Of a stretch of 46,987 bases of DNA, positions 1-10,681 are shown piece after piece. The translations under genes were made by a program, and so were the position numbers. The notes under the pieces were generated by a model. That model did not search any database. It was not told the DNA's origin and saw only the letters and a list, made by a program, of their open reading frames with translations. Origin of the DNA: Specibacter sp. Lineage in GTDB: Bacteria > Actinomycetota > Actinomycetes > Actinomycetales > Micrococcaceae. How positions within the stretch are numbered: the stretch's first letter is position 1; every line of letters starts with the position of its first letter. The stretch spans positions 1-46,987 of the forward strand of contig JBAUMA010000304.1 of assembly GCA_049578485.1 (NCBI GenBank). Direction: 5' to 3'.

Positions 1-183
1 CCGCTGCGCCGCACCATCCAGCGCGAGATCGAGGACCACCTCTCCGAGAAGATCCTGTTCGGCGAACTCAAGGACGGCGACATCGTCACCGTGGGCGTTG
101 AAGGCGAGGGCGACGACGCCAAGTTCACTTTTGTGGGCACGGCCAAGCCGCACATCCCGGACGCCATCGCGGCCTCCGCGTAG
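1..183 (+). CDS. clpC: ATP-dependent Clp protease ATP-binding subunit ClpC, C-terminal fragment (5' truncated by window)
   Basis: Frame 1 reads PLRRTIQREIEDHLSEKILFGELKDGDIVTVGVEGEGDDAKFTFVG...*, the typical ClpC/ClpB D2-small C-terminus. Proximity to mutY, disA and radA matches the actinobacterial clpC1 locus. Confidence 0.9.
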   Translation, partial: PLRRTIQREIEDHLSEKILFGELKDGDIVTVGVEGEGDDAKFTFVGTAKPHIPDAIAASA

Positions 184-192
184 CAGTACCTC

Positions 193-238
193 CGTTGAGG
201 GGACACATCACCCAGTAGGGTTATGTGTCCCCTCAACG
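193..238. repeat. Palindromic REP-like element, family A, copy 1 (probably also terminates clpC)
   Basis: 21-bp arms CGTTGAGGGGACACATCACCC / GGGTTATGTGTCCCCTCAACG (1 mismatch) with a 4-nt loop. The same arms recur at 27713-27787. Confidence 0.85.
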
Positions 239-303
239 CATTTAACGCCTGGTCCGCCACCGCACTGTAGCCAGCGCCGTACGCATCCCCTAGATTTGGG
301 CTT

Positions 304-1059
304 GTGGGCAGCCATCGGGAAAGCCGGAAGAATCCTGCGTCGCCGCGGGATCCGGACAAGTATTCGGCACGCATAGCGGCGCACGAGGGACGGCTGCGCC
401 ACGGCGGGGAGATCGAGCGGACCGTGTTCTTCAGTGATGCGGTCTTTGCCATCGCCATGACACTGCTGGTCCTGGACCTGAAGCTGCCGGCCCTGCCCGC
501 CAACATGACCGCAGACCGGTTCGATGCGATCCTGCTGGAGCAGAGGGACCCGCTGGCGGGCTTCATCCTGAGTTTTGTGCTGGTGGGCCGGCTCTGGCTG
601 GCCCACCACCGAAGGTTTAACGCCATCAAAAGCTACGATGGCAAGCTGCAGGTGATCAACTTGTTCACGTTGTTCTTTGTGGTGTTCCTGCCCGTTCCGA
701 CGGCGCTGCTGTTTGAGGCAAATTCACAGACACCGTGGCCGCCGGTGATTTATGCGGTCACCATCTCGGGCAGTTACCTGGGCCTGAACTGGCTGTGGCG
801 GCACGCCTACCGGGCCGGACTCATGCAGCCGTGGGTCGACGCCCCGATGTACCGGCTGGTGCTGCGGGGGCAGGACCCGGGCTGGGTGGTGTTTGTGCTG
901 TCCATCCCGCTGGCGTTCATCCGGCCGGACTTCGCGTTGTTTTCGTGGATCCTGATATGGCCGTACTCGGTGATTTCGGACAAATACCGCACGCGCCAGT
1001 TCGTGAAGGCGGAGACCGCCCGGTTGGACGCCGAGGCGCGGGACGGGGTCATAGACTGA
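304..1059 (+). CDS. TMEM175 family (DUF1211) membrane protein, putative K+ channel
   Basis: ERTVFFSDAVFAIAMTLLVL signature and WLAHH motif, with about 6 hydrophobic segments. TAGATT lies 7 nt before the GTG, suggesting a leaderless transcript. Confidence 0.85.
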   Translation: MGSHRESRKNPASPRDPDKYSARIAAHEGRLRHGGEIERTVFFSDAVFAIAMTLLVLDLKLPALPANMTADRFDAILLEQRDPLAGFILSFVLVGRLWLAHHRRFNAIKSYDGKLQVINLFTLFFVVFLPVPTALLFEANSQTPWPPVIYAVTISGSYLGLNWLWRHAYRAGLMQPWVDAPMYRLVLRGQDPGWVVFVLSIPLAFIRPDFALFSWILIWPYSVISDKYRTRQFVKAETARLDAEARDGVID

Positions 1060-1063
1060 ACGG

Positions 1064-1570
1064 GTGACTTCAGCACTGACCATCCGCCACGCCCGCACTT
1101 CCGACGTTTCCGCCATCAAGGACCTGGTGGCGCCGCTGGCCGAGCAACGAATCCTCATCTCCAAGGAATCGGTTGCCTATTTTGAGTCGATCCAGGAGTT
1201 CTTCATGGCCGAGCTCGACGGCGCCGTGGTCGGCTGCGGTGCGCTGCACGTCATGTGGGAGGACCTGGCGGAGATCCGCACCTTGGCAACGGCGGCGAAC
1301 CTGCGCGGCAAGGGGATTGGCCGCTCACTGGTGGAGCGCCTGCTCGAGCAGGCCCGGGCCGTCGGTGTCAGCCGCGTGTTTTGCCTGACGTTTGAGGTGG
1401 ACTTCTTTGTGGGGCACGGCTTTGAAGTCATGGCCGACCAAAGCGCCGTTGACCCGGCCGTCTACTCGGAGCTGTTGCGCTCCGCCGATGAAGGCGTGGC
1501 GGAGTTCCTGGACCTGGCCCGGGTCAAGCCGAACACGCTCGGCAACACCCGCATGATCCGTTACCTCTAA
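1064..1570 (+). CDS. argA: Amino-acid N-acetyltransferase (short actinobacterial ArgA, GNAT)
   Basis: VVGCGALHVMWEDLAEIRTLA, RGKGIG acetyl-CoA loop, VFCLTFEVDFF and C-terminal EFLDLARVKPNTLGNTRM. Confidence 0.85.
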   Translation: MTSALTIRHARTSDVSAIKDLVAPLAEQRILISKESVAYFESIQEFFMAELDGAVVGCGALHVMWEDLAEIRTLATAANLRGKGIGRSLVERLLEQARAVGVSRVFCLTFEVDFFVGHGFEVMADQSAVDPAVYSELLRSADEGVAEFLDLARVKPNTLGNTRMIRYL

Positions 1571-1595
1571 GCGCTATCCACAAGGCGTAGGCCCG

Positions 1596-2261
1596 TTATT
1601 GGCTGCCTGTGGTTATCACGACCGTCTCGGCACTATTTTCCGTGGAGTCCTTTCTCGCGGTGACCCGCACCGTGGTGCCCACCGCCAGATCAGTGAGGGT
1701 TCCCTGCGTGACGGAGCCCGCACCGGGCGGGCCGCCCTGCCCGGCCTGTGCCGTGGACGCCTTGCTGACCGTGGTCGACGTGCCCAGGGTGTAGCTGAGT
1801 GAGACGCCGTCGGCGCTTTTGACGGTCAGGGACGTGGAACTGACGGCCGTAATCTCACCCGTCTGGGTCAGCATGGTGACATAGCTGCCGCCCTCGGAAA
1901 CCACGTATTCCCCATGCAGGGCTGTGGCCAGCCCGGCGCCGCCCATTGACGAACCGGGGCCGCCCGATGTGCCACCGCCTGGGATGGCCTGGCTGCCGGC
2001 AAGCTGGCCGGAGGCGGTGCTTGCCGATCCGGACGCGGCGTGGACGGCTGCGGCGCCGCCACCGGCGACCACCACGGCGACGCCGATGGCCAGGGCCGTG
2101 TTCTTGCGCGTCCACCGCAGTCCGGCGGAAGTGCGCGGCGCTGCGGCCGCTCCCCACGCCGCGGACGTGCCGGCGGGGTCGGTGGGCGGGTGGATGACAG
2201 GCCCGGCTCCGGGGGTCGGTTCGCTGCGGCTCAGGGGCTGGTTTGGGACTTGCTGGTTCAT
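1596..2261 (-). CDS. Hypothetical membrane-anchored Gly/Ser/Thr-rich protein (DUF5666-like beta domain)
   Basis: ATG at 2261 follows an AAGGA RBS. One TM segment (ALAIGVAVVVAGGGAAAV), a low-complexity linker, then TGEITAVSSTSLTVKSADG. Divergent from the response regulator. Confidence 0.7.
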   Translation of the reverse strand: MNQQVPNQPLSRSEPTPGAGPVIHPPTDPAGTSAAWGAAAAPRTSAGLRWTRKNTALAIGVAVVVAGGGAAAVHAASGSASTASGQLAGSQAIPGGGTSGGPGSSMGGAGLATALHGEYVVSEGGSYVTMLTQTGEITAVSSTSLTVKSADGVSLSYTLGTSTTVSKASTAQAGQGGPPGAGSVTQGTLTDLAVGTTVRVTARKDSTENSAETVVITTGSQ

Positions 2262-2336
2262 GGGTGTTTCCTTCAGTCGTTTTCTTGCCCGGGCCCGGGG
2301 CCTCCCGGGGCGGCTGATTCCATGGTGGGCCGGAAG

Positions 2337-2354
2337 GTTAAGTCCAAGCTGTGC
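2337..2354 (-). promoter_or_regulatory. Putative response-regulator box, copy 1 (GCACAGCTTGGACTTAAC on the minus strand)
   Basis: 14/18 identical to the box at 4803-4820. Upstream of and co-oriented with the 1596-2261 gene. Confidence 0.5.
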
Positions 2355-2423
2355 CGGGTTGCATCCGTTCCTGTGACTTGTGCACGCCGGCCGCGCAAAT
2401 CCGCTGTGCTTGCAGCCCGTTTC

Positions 2424-2452
2424 ACACAGCTGGTGCACATCCTGCGCCTAAG
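2424..2452 (+). promoter_or_regulatory. Putative response-regulator box, copy 2 (11-bp phased repeats ACACAGCTGGT-GCACATCCTGC-GCCTAAG)
   Basis: GCACATCCTGCGCCTAAG at 2435-2452 is 16/18 identical to 4803-4820 and lies upstream of the regulator gene. Confidence 0.6.
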
Positions 2453-2484
2453 ATGGCGTAACGGACGCGAAGGAGGATGGGAGC

Positions 2485-3234
2485 ATGGCACAACTTCAAG
2501 GCAGGGACGTCTTCCTCGACCAGCTGCGCACCCTTTCACATCCCGACGGATCCCCCATCAAGGCTCTCGTCGCCGACGACGACCCGCACCTGGCCGATCT
2601 GATGGGCATCGGCCTGAGGATGGCCGGCTGGCGCGTTGAGATCGCCGCGGACGGGCCGGAGGCAGTCAGCCTGGCCAGGGAGTTTCGCCCCGACATCCTG
2701 GTGCTGGATGTCATGATGCCCACCTTTGACGGCATGGAGGCGCTCCAGCGCATCCGCGCCTTCCAGCCGGCTGTGTTGGCCCTGTTCCTCACGGCCAAGG
2801 ACTCCGCCCAGGACAGGGTGGACGGGCTGGTTGCCGGTGGCGACGACTACGTCACCAAGCCGTTCAGCATGGAAGAGGTGCTGCTTCGGCTGTACCGGCT
2901 CATCAGCCGATCCGGACTGGCCGATCTTGGCGGCAGCGAGTTGGTTGTCGGTGACCTGGTGCTCAACGAGGACACCCGGGAGGTGCTTAGGGGCGGAGTG
3001 GAAATCACCTTGACCGCCACACAATTTGAACTGCTCCGCTACCTGATGAGCAATGCCCGGACAGTGGTCAGCAAGGGCCAAATCCTCGACAACGTGTGGC
3101 ACTCAACCGGCGGGGACCACGGGAACATTGTGGAGTTGTACATTTCCTACCTGCGCAAAAAGATCGACGCCGGGCAGGCGCCGCTGATCCACACCGTCCG
3201 GGGAGCGGGCTATGTGCTTAGACCTGCCAAGTGA
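2485..3234 (+). CDS. OmpR/PhoB-family DNA-binding response regulator (TcrX/PhoP-like)
   Basis: Receiver motifs LVADDD, LVLDVMMP, FLTAKD and DDYVTKPFS; winged helix VELYISYLRKKID...IHTVRGAGY. Confidence 0.93.
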   Translation: MAQLQGRDVFLDQLRTLSHPDGSPIKALVADDDPHLADLMGIGLRMAGWRVEIAADGPEAVSLAREFRPDILVLDVMMPTFDGMEALQRIRAFQPAVLALFLTAKDSAQDRVDGLVAGGDDYVTKPFSMEEVLLRLYRLISRSGLADLGGSELVVGDLVLNEDTREVLRGGVEITLTATQFELLRYLMSNARTVVSKGQILDNVWHSTGGDHGNIVELYISYLRKKIDAGQAPLIHTVRGAGYVLRPAK

Positions 3235-3270
3235 CGGGACTCCTTCACGCCGGCGGCTAAGGGTCCCGGC

Positions 3271-4758
3271 GTGAGGCGCGGCGGCGCCCTGAGACCCCGA
3301 CGCCGGATGCGGCTGCGGACCAAGTTGATCGCGGTGTCGCTGCTGCTCTTGGCATTTGTCGGTGCCGGCATCGCGGTAGTGAGCTACCTGGCCATGGACA
3401 CGTACCTGACGGGCCAGCTGGACCAACAACTGCGCCGCTCCGCCCAGGCTGCGGCCTCAACTCCCCGGGAACAGCCGGGCGGGTCCGGAACAACGCCGCC
3501 CAACCCGTTGCAAGCTCCGGGCCAGGGTGAGGGGATCCTCATGCTGCACGTGGTGAATGGTGTTGTCGACGCCACGCGTTCGGGCTGGATCGACCTGGCG
3601 TACCAGCAGCACCAGCTGACCGCCGGCGACACCGCCAAGCTCAGGGCACTTACTGTCGGTGCGGCGCCGTCGAACGTTGGCCTGGAGGTGGGAGCCTACC
3701 GCGCCGAGACCCTCGAAGCGGCCGACGGCAGCATTGTGACGGTGGGCCTGCCGCTGGGAACGCTCAATGGCACCCTGTCCTCGCTGGGGCTGACCATGGT
3801 GCTGGTGGCAGGGGCCGGGCTCGTGGCAGCCGGCGTGGCCGGAACCGTGCTGATACGCCACAACCTCAAACCGTTGGAGCACGTTTCCGCCGTGGCCAAC
3901 CGCGTTGCCGAGCTGCAACTGAATACGGGGGACGTGGAGCTGATGGAGCGCATTGAACCAAGCGACAACGACACCGAGGTGGGCCGGGTGGGCTTCGCCC
4001 TCAACCGCATGCTGGACAACGTTGCCGGCGCCCTTGCCGCGCGTCAGGAAAGCGAAAGCAAGGTGCGCAGCTTCGTGGCCGACGCCAGCCACGAACTGCG
4101 GACGCCGCTGACCTCGGTCAGGGGCTATTCTGACCTGGTAATGCGCACCCAGAACCTCGACGACGGCGGCCGGGAGGCGATGGAAAGGGTCAGGTCCCAG
4201 TCGCTGCGCATGCAAAACCTGGTGGACGACCTGCTGCTTCTGGCCCGCTACGACGAAGGCCGTGCACCGGACATGGTGGAGCTGGACCTGACCGAACTCG
4301 TGGTGGAGGCGGCAACGGATGCGGAAATATCCGATGCGTCCGCCTCCGCTCGCACCGGTGGGCTGGCACACCGGTGGAGCATTGCCGTTCCCGACAACGC
4401 CGTCATGGTGCACGGTGACCAGGACCAGCTCCAACGGGCCGTGGCGAACCTGCTCAGCAACGCGCGCAAACATACGGACCCGGGCACACCGGTGACCATC
4501 GCCCTGGAACCAGGCGCCGGCGTCGTCGTCATCAAGGTCAATGACTTGGGCAACGGCATTGATGCGGCCTTCCTGCCGCGCATTTTTGACAGGTTTGCCC
4601 GGGCGGACGCGGCGCGTTCGGGAACCGACGGCACCACCGGGCTGGGCCTGCCCATCGTCAAGGCGATCGTGGAATCCCACGGTGGAAGCATTGCCGTGGC
4701 CAGCGGACCCGGCGGCACCGAATTCACCATTTCGCTGCCGGCAACCGAAACCGCCTGA
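3271..4758 (+). CDS. HAMP-domain sensor histidine kinase (TcrY-like)
   Basis: Two TM helices, HAMP, H-box FVADASHELRTPLTSVRG, N-box NLLSNARKHT and G-boxes DLGNGI / GLGLPIV. The start may instead be ATG 3307. Confidence 0.92.
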   Translation: MRRGGALRPRRRMRLRTKLIAVSLLLLAFVGAGIAVVSYLAMDTYLTGQLDQQLRRSAQAAASTPREQPGGSGTTPPNPLQAPGQGEGILMLHVVNGVVDATRSGWIDLAYQQHQLTAGDTAKLRALTVGAAPSNVGLEVGAYRAETLEAADGSIVTVGLPLGTLNGTLSSLGLTMVLVAGAGLVAAGVAGTVLIRHNLKPLEHVSAVANRVAELQLNTGDVELMERIEPSDNDTEVGRVGFALNRMLDNVAGALAARQESESKVRSFVADASHELRTPLTSVRGYSDLVMRTQNLDDGGREAMERVRSQSLRMQNLVDDLLLLARYDEGRAPDMVELDLTELVVEAATDAEISDASASARTGGLAHRWSIAVPDNAVMVHGDQDQLQRAVANLLSNARKHTDPGTPVTIALEPGAGVVVIKVNDLGNGIDAAFLPRIFDRFARADAARSGTDGTTGLGLPIVKAIVESHGGSIAVASGPGGTEFTISLPATETA

Positions 4759-4802
4759 CGGCGCAGGGCCATGCCGGCCCAATGCCGGGCCCGGCCAAAT
4801 AC

Positions 4803-4831
4803 GCACAGCCTGCACCTAAGTTCGGCCTAAA
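4803..4831 (+). promoter_or_regulatory. Putative response-regulator box, copy 3 (GCACAGCCTGC-ACCTAAGTTCG-GCCTAAA)
   Basis: 11-bp phased repeats about 45 nt upstream of the GT2 gene; matches the boxes at 2435 and 2354. Confidence 0.6.
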
Positions 4832-4863
4832 CGGGGCTGATCATGTCCGGCAATTGTTGAACC

Positions 4864-6189
4864 ATGACAACAACATCAAGCCCCCAAGAACTGCTGGAGC
4901 CGCGGGCGCACCAAGAACCCGCACCGCGCGGCTCCCTGTCCGGCCCAAGCTCCGGGAACATCACGCCCCGCACCGCGCCGGCCGTGGTGGACATCACCAT
5001 TCCCGTGTATAACGAGGAACGGAGCCTGGAACCGTGTGTCCGGCGGCTGCACCGCCACCTTGACGAGAATTTTCCCTACTCCTACACCATCACCCTGGCG
5101 GACAATGCGAGCACCGATTCCACGCTGGCAATCGCCCACGATCTATCCCGGGAATTGAGCGGCGTCCGCGTGCTGCACCTGGGCATGAAGGGCCGCGGGC
5201 ATGCGTTGCGTACTGCGTGGCTGACCTCGCAATCGCCCATCGTGGCGTACATGGACGTTGACCTGTCCACGGACCTGAACGCCCTTGGCACGTTGGTGGC
5301 CCCGCTCGTGTCCGGCCACTCCGATCTCGCCGTGGGGACCCGGCTTTCCCGTTCCTCACGGGTGGTCCGTGGCCCGAAGCGCGAATTCATCTCACGGGGC
5401 TACAACCTGCTCCTGCGCGGATTGCTGGCCGCACATTTCAGTGACGCCCAATGCGGTTTCAAGGCAATCCGGACCGACGTGGCGCGCCAGCTCCTGCCAC
5501 ACACCTGTGACGACGCCTGGTTCTTCGACACCGAACTGCTGGTGCTGGCGGAGCGGTGCGGGCTGCGGGTCCACGAGGTGCCGGTGGACTGGACGGACGA
5601 CCCGGACTCTAAGGTGGACATTGTGGCCACGGCCGTTGCCGACCTGCGCGGCATGGCGCGAATCAGCCGGGACCTGGTCAACGGGAAAATTCCGGTGGCG
5701 GAACTGCGGGCGGCCATGGCACGAAAACCCCTTGCGGACGACGGCGCGGCGGGGCGGCACGGGCTTGTAGGCCAGCTCATGCGCTTCGCCGTGGTGGGGG
5801 TTGCCTCCACGCTGTTCTATGTGCTGTTGTTCCTGGCGTTTCGGCTGGTGGCCGACGCCCAATGGTCCAACTTTGCGGCGCTTCTGGTTTCCGCCGTCGC
5901 CAACACGACGGTCAACCGCAACTTCACCTTTGGCCGGACGGGCACCGACGGGGTGTTCCGGCACCAATTCCTTGGCCTGCTGGTCTTTGCCGTGGGCTGG
6001 GTGCTGACGGCGGGGGCCCTGTGGGGCATCCACGCGTTGGGCGGCCCCAACCGGACCGTGGAAGTGGTGGCCGTGGTGTTGGCGAACCTGGTGGCCACCT
6101 TGGTGAAATTCCTGGCATTCCGGCTCTGGATCTTCCGAACCCCCTCGGGGACCGGCGCCACCACAACCGCAGGGGAGGCAGGTAAATGA
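4864..6189 (+). CDS. Bifunctional glycosyltransferase family 2 (polyprenol-phosphate sugar synthase-like) / GtrA-type flippase domain
   Basis: [31 protein letters not shown] and WFFDTELL motifs, followed by a 4-TM GtrA domain (QLMRFAVVG...NRNFTF). Confidence 0.9.
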   Translation: MTTTSSPQELLEPRAHQEPAPRGSLSGPSSGNITPRTAPAVVDITIPVYNEERSLEPCVRRLHRHLDENFPYSYTITLADNASTDSTLAIAHDLSRELSGVRVLHLGMKGRGHALRTAWLTSQSPIVAYMDVDLSTDLNALGTLVAPLVSGHSDLAVGTRLSRSSRVVRGPKREFISRGYNLLLRGLLAAHFSDAQCGFKAIRTDVARQLLPHTCDDAWFFDTELLVLAERCGLRVHEVPVDWTDDPDSKVDIVATAVADLRGMARISRDLVNGKIPVAELRAAMARKPLADDGAAGRHGLVGQLMRFAVVGVASTLFYVLLFLAFRLVADAQWSNFAALLVSAVANTTVNRNFTFGRTGTDGVFRHQFLGLLVFAVGWVLTAGALWGIHALGGPNRTVEVVAVVLANLVATLVKFLAFRLWIFRTPSGTGATTTAGEAGK

Positions 6190-8159
6190 GCGCCATCACG
6201 AAAGTGGCCGTGGACGACGCAACCGTTTCCGCGCCCACGCCCCGGACGGCCGCCCCCGCGCAACCGCAGGCTTCCGCAATCCGGCCGCGCTGGCAGCGTC
6301 CCAGTGCCCTGGCCCTCATGGTCGCCACCGCGTTCCTCTACCTTTGGAATCTCAACAATTCCGGCTACGGGAACAGCTTCTACGCTGCGGCCGTCCAGGC
6401 CGGCACGAAGAACTGGACCTCCCTGCTCTTCGGATCCCTCGACGCCGGCAATGCGATCACGGTGGACAAGCCGCCCGCATCACTGTGGATTCCGGCCCTG
6501 CTGGGGCGTGTTTTCGGGTTCTCGTCCTGGACACTCCTGCTGCCACAGGCACTCATGGGGGTGGCCGCCGTCGCGCTCTTGTATGCGGCGGTCAAACGCG
6601 TCAGCGGCCCCGGCGCCGGCCTGATTGCCGGGGGAGCGCTCGCGGCAACCCCCGTCGCGGCATTGATGTTCCGCTTCAACAACCCCGACGCCATGCTGAC
6701 CCTGTGCCTGGTGGCTGCGGCCTACGCCGTGGTCCGCGCAATTGGAAAGCCCGGGTGGCGTTGGCTAGCCCTGGCCGGGGCCCTGATCGGGCTGGCCTTC
6801 CTGACCAAGATGCTGCAGGGTTTCCTCACCATCCCCGCGATGGGGCTGGCCTACCTGTGGGCCGCCAACACAACGCTGGGCAGGCGGATCGCCCACCTGA
6901 TGGCCGCCGTGGCCGGAATCGTGGCAGTCTCCGGGGCATACCTGCTGGCCTTCCAGCTCACGCCCGTATCGGTTCGGCCGTACATGGCGGGCTCGTCCAA
7001 CAACAGCTTCTGGGACCTGGCCCTGGGCTACAACGGACTGGGCCGGATCCTGGGCGGGACCGGAAACGGGGGCGGCGGCGGTACCGGCGGTGCCGCCGCC
7101 GGGGGCCTCGCAGGCGGCGGGAACACGGGATTTGGAGGTGCCACCGGAATCCTGCGAATGTTCGGCAGTGCTTTTGGCGCCGAAGTTTCGTGGCTGCTGC
7201 CGGCTGCCCTGATAGCGCTGGTGGCCGGGCTCTGGTTTACCCGCCGAGCACCACGGACCAGCCAAGTGCGTGCCTCCCTGATCCTTTGGGGCGGCTGGCT
7301 GTTGGTCACCGCACTCACGTTCAGCTTCATGGAAGGAACCATCCACCCCTACTACGTGGTGGCGCTGGCACCGGCCGTGGCCGCCCTCGTGGGGATCGGC
7401 GCCGTCGAACTGTGGCGCGGGCGCGACCATGTCCCGGCCAGGGTTGTCCTGGCGGTGCTGGTGGCCGCAAGTGCAATCTGGTCAGCCGTGCTGCTGTCCC
7501 GCGACCCTTCTTGGCTGCCCTGGCTGAAATATGTGGTCATTGCCTGCGGCGTCCTCGGAGGGGTGGCGGTCATGACGCGGCTGGACCGATTGCGGGTGGG
7601 AACCTTCAAAGCCGGGGCTGCGGCGGCCATTGTCTTCTCGCTGTTGGCCGGGGGCCTGGCGCCCGCCGCCTGGACGCTGGCCACGGCGGCCCAGGGGCAC
7701 ACCGGTTCCATCCCGACGTCGGGCCCCTCCTCTTCGGCCCAAGGCTCGGCACCGGGCGGGACAGGTGGTCCGGGAATGGGGAACGCCGGCAGTGCCGGCA
7801 GTGGCGGCAACGCCGCGGGCTCGTCCGCCACGCTGTACTCGTTGCTCGAGCGGACCACCACCAAATGGTCGGCCATCATCTCCGGGGCCAGCAGTGCGGC
7901 CGATCTGGAACTGGCCACCGGCACCTCGGTCATCGACCTGGGCGGTTGGAGTGGCTCGGATCCCTACCCCACACTGGCGCAGTTCAAGGCCATGGTGGCC
8001 AAAGGCGAGGTCAGCTACTTCATCAGCGGCGGCATGGGCGGCGGTGCCGGAGCGGCAGGATCGGGCCTGGGCGGCAGCTCGAGCATTGCCACATGGGTGG
8101 AGCAAAACTATACGGCCACCACCGTCGGCAACTCCACCGTCTACAAGCTGGTGGGCTGA
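6186..8159 (+). CDS. ArnT/PMT (GT39/GT83-type) membrane glycosyltransferase, YkcB-like
   Basis: [46 protein letters not shown] and HPYY motifs with Gly-rich loops. ATGA overlap with the GT2 gene. Confidence 0.88.
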   Translation: MSAITKVAVDDATVSAPTPRTAAPAQPQASAIRPRWQRPSALALMVATAFLYLWNLNNSGYGNSFYAAAVQAGTKNWTSLLFGSLDAGNAITVDKPPASLWIPALLGRVFGFSSWTLLLPQALMGVAAVALLYAAVKRVSGPGAGLIAGGALAATPVAALMFRFNNPDAMLTLCLVAAAYAVVRAIGKPGWRWLALAGALIGLAFLTKMLQGFLTIPAMGLAYLWAANTTLGRRIAHLMAAVAGIVAVSGAYLLAFQLTPVSVRPYMAGSSNNSFWDLALGYNGLGRILGGTGNGGGGGTGGAAAGGLAGGGNTGFGGATGILRMFGSAFGAEVSWLLPAALIALVAGLWFTRRAPRTSQVRASLILWGGWLLVTALTFSFMEGTIHPYYVVALAPAVAALVGIGAVELWRGRDHVPARVVLAVLVAASAIWSAVLLSRDPSWLPWLKYVVIACGVLGGVAVMTRLDRLRVGTFKAGAAAAIVFSLLAGGLAPAAWTLATAAQGHTGSIPTSGPSSSAQGSAPGGTGGPGMGNAGSAGSGGNAAGSSATLYSLLERTTTKWSAIISGASSAADLELATGTSVIDLGGWSGSDPYPTLAQFKAMVAKGEVSYFISGGMGGGAGAAGSGLGGSSSIATWVEQNYTATTVGNSTVYKLVG

Positions 8160-8272
8160 TGCAGGCCGGCCCGGTTGCCCCTATCAAGCGGCAACCGGGC
8201 CGGGTAGTGTTCAAGCCAGGACGTGATCGTCTCGCGTTCCCCTACTTACTGATCGACTCGGAGGGCTCCGCC

Positions 8273-9274
8273 ATGAAAAAGCTCATCAATGATCCCAAGG
8301 CAGTAGTTGACGAATCCGTGGAAGGATTTGGCAAGGCGCACGCCGGCCACGTGACCGTCCACCCCGACCCCTTGTTCATTACACGCAAAGATGCGCCAAA
8401 ACCGGGGAAAGTCGGGTTGATCTCCGGCGGTGGCAGCGGCCACGAACCCCTTCATGCCGGTTATGTGGGCTTCGGCATGCTGGATGCGGCGGTGCCCGGC
8501 GCCGTGTTCACCTCGCCCACCCCCGACCAAATCATTCCGGCGACGGCCGCGGCCAACGCAGGTGCCGGCGTCGTGCATATTGTGAAGAACTACACGGGCG
8601 ACGTGCTGAATTTTGAGACGGCTGCGGAAATGTCCGAAGCCGACGGCATCGAGGTGCGCACGGTGTTGGTCAACGACGACGTCGCCGTGGAGGACTCGCT
8701 GTACACGGCCGGCCGGCGTGGGGTGGGCGGGACCGTGCTGGTGGAAAAGATTGCGGGCGCCGCCGCAGAACGCGGGGACGGCCTGGACGCGGTCGCCGCC
8801 ATTGGCCAGCGCGTCAACGACAACGTGCGCACCATGGGCGTGGCCCTGAGCGCCTGCACCGTCCCGCACGCCGGAGTGCCGAGCTTTGACTTGGCAGAGG
8901 ACGAGATTGAGATTGGCATCGGCATCCACGGCGAACCGGGCCGGCATAGGATTCCCATGGAGAACGCCGACGGCATCACCGACAGGCTGCTCGAACCCAT
9001 CCTGGCGGACCTGAAGCCGACGCCGGGCGACAAAGTCCTGCTGTTTGTCAACGGCATGGGCGGCACCCCCGCCAGCGAGCTGTACATCGTGTACCGGCAC
9101 GCTGCCAAGGTGCTGGAGGACGCCGGGCTGGTGGTGGAACGGTCGCTGGTGGGCAATTTCATCACGGCACTGGAAATGCAGGGCTGCTCCATCTCGGTGC
9201 TGCGCCTGGATGATGAAATGACGCAGTTGTGGGACGCGCCCGTCAACACGCCGGCACTACGTTGGGGGATGTAA
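8273..9274 (+). CDS. dhaK: PEP-dependent dihydroxyacetone kinase subunit DhaK
   Basis: MKKLINDP start, [30 protein letters not shown] and the LRWG terminus. Confidence 0.95.
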   Translation: MKKLINDPKAVVDESVEGFGKAHAGHVTVHPDPLFITRKDAPKPGKVGLISGGGSGHEPLHAGYVGFGMLDAAVPGAVFTSPTPDQIIPATAAANAGAGVVHIVKNYTGDVLNFETAAEMSEADGIEVRTVLVNDDVAVEDSLYTAGRRGVGGTVLVEKIAGAAAERGDGLDAVAAIGQRVNDNVRTMGVALSACTVPHAGVPSFDLAEDEIEIGIGIHGEPGRHRIPMENADGITDRLLEPILADLKPTPGDKVLLFVNGMGGTPASELYIVYRHAAKVLEDAGLVVERSLVGNFITALEMQGCSISVLRLDDEMTQLWDAPVNTPALRWGM

Positions 9275-9958
9275 ATGGCTGACACTCCTGCCGGGAACAC
9301 CCTTGGCGCGTCCTGGGCGGCGGACTGGCTGCGGTGCAGCGCCGCAGTTGTGGCCGAGAACCGCATGGCGTTGATCGAACTTGACCGGGCCATCGGCGAC
9401 GGCGACCACGGCGAAAACATGGATCGCGGCTTCACCGCGATCCTGGCGAAACTGGACGAGGAAACGCCCGCAACGCCTGGGGCAGCGTTCAAAATGGCGG
9501 CCATGACCCTGATGTCCAAGGTGGGCGGCGCCGCCGGCCCCTTGTACGGGACGGCGTTCCTGCGCGCAGCCACGGCCGTGGGGGATGCCGCGGAACTGGA
9601 TTCCGTGCTGCTGGCCGCCGCGCTGACCGCGGCCCGCGACGGCGTCGTGGCCCGTGGCAAGGCCGAAACCGGGGACAAGACCATGATCGACGCCTGGACG
9701 CCCGCCGTGGACGCCGCCACTGCGGCGGCCGGCACGGGTCAAAGCCCGGCAGCAGTGCTGGCTGCCGCTGCGACGGCCGCCGAGGCTGGTGCGGTTGCCA
9801 CGGATCCGCTGATCGCGCACAAGGGCAGGGCCAGCTATTTGGGGGAGCGGGCGATCGGGCACCGCGACCCCGGTGCGGCCTCGTCTGCGCTGATCCTGCG
9901 CGCCGCCGCCGACTCCGCCGCCGCCGGGTCCAACGGTTCAACCGGTTCCGCGGCATGA
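9275..9958 (+). CDS. dhaL: Dihydroxyacetone kinase ADP-binding subunit DhaL
   Basis: LDRAIGDGDHGENM, GGAAGPLYG, GDKTMID and KGRASYLGER...DPGA. Confidence 0.95.
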   Translation: MADTPAGNTLGASWAADWLRCSAAVVAENRMALIELDRAIGDGDHGENMDRGFTAILAKLDEETPATPGAAFKMAAMTLMSKVGGAAGPLYGTAFLRAATAVGDAAELDSVLLAAALTAARDGVVARGKAETGDKTMIDAWTPAVDAATAAAGTGQSPAAVLAAAATAAEAGAVATDPLIAHKGRASYLGERAIGHRDPGAASSALILRAAADSAAAGSNGSTGSAA

Positions 9959-10656
9959 GCGTCGGGCTGGTCATTGTTTCGCACAGCGCCCAGCTGGCCG
10001 CCGGGGTGGTGGAGCTGGCCGAGCAGATGGCCCGTGACGTCACGCTGGTCCCGGCCGGAGGCACCGACGACGGCGGCATCGGAACGTCTCTGGAGAAGGT
10101 CATGAAAGCCCTTGAGCTGGCGGACACCGGCGACGGCGTGGTGGTGCTGACCGATTTGGGATCGGCCGTCATGACGGCCGAGTCGGCCCTGGAATTCCTG
10201 GGCAACCCGGAAAACGTGGTGGTGGCCGACGCACCCCTCGTTGAAGGCTCCATTGCGGCCGCCGTCACCGCGCAGGGCGGAGCGGCGCTCGCCGTGGTGG
10301 TGAAGGCGGCGGAAACCGTCCTTCAGCCAGGCCGGAATGTGGATATGCCGCAGGCTTCGGGCGAGCCTGCTTCTGTTGCCGGGCCAGCCGTAACGGAGGG
10401 GTCGGTGACCGCGGTGCTGACCGTGATCAACCCCATTGGGTTGCACGCGAGGCCGGCCGCAGTGCTCGCCGGAGCGCTCGGAGCCATGGACGTGGACATC
10501 GACATCAACGGCGTCGACGCGCAGTCAGTGTTCCTGCTCATGGCCCTCGGCGCCGGCCAGGGCACCGAACTGCGCGTCACGGCCACGGGCCCGGACGCGC
10601 AAAGGGCCGTGGACCTGGTCCGCAGCGAGGTGGAAAACGGCTTCGGCGAGCTCTGA
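9955..10656 (+). CDS. dhaM: Dihydroxyacetone kinase phosphoryl-donor subunit DhaM (EIIA-Man domain fused to HPr domain)
   Basis: VIVSHS, TDLGSA and DAPLVEG (EIIA-Man), then GLHARPAA (HPr). Confidence 0.92.
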   Translation: MSVGLVIVSHSAQLAAGVVELAEQMARDVTLVPAGGTDDGGIGTSLEKVMKALELADTGDGVVVLTDLGSAVMTAESALEFLGNPENVVVADAPLVEGSIAAAVTAQGGAALAVVVKAAETVLQPGRNVDMPQASGEPASVAGPAVTEGSVTAVLTVINPIGLHARPAAVLAGALGAMDVDIDINGVDAQSVFLLMALGAGQGTELRVTATGPDAQRAVDLVRSEVENGFGEL

Positions 10657-10681
10657 CCCCGGCCCGCCGTCGGCCGCTCAG

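Noticed and set aside
6344..9274. 976-aa ORF that appears to fuse a long N-terminus to DhaK
   Set aside because: The N-terminal part is an Arg/Gly-rich off-frame shadow of the ArnT-like gene. Real DhaK starts at ATG 8273 (MKKLIND) after a GGAGGG RBS.
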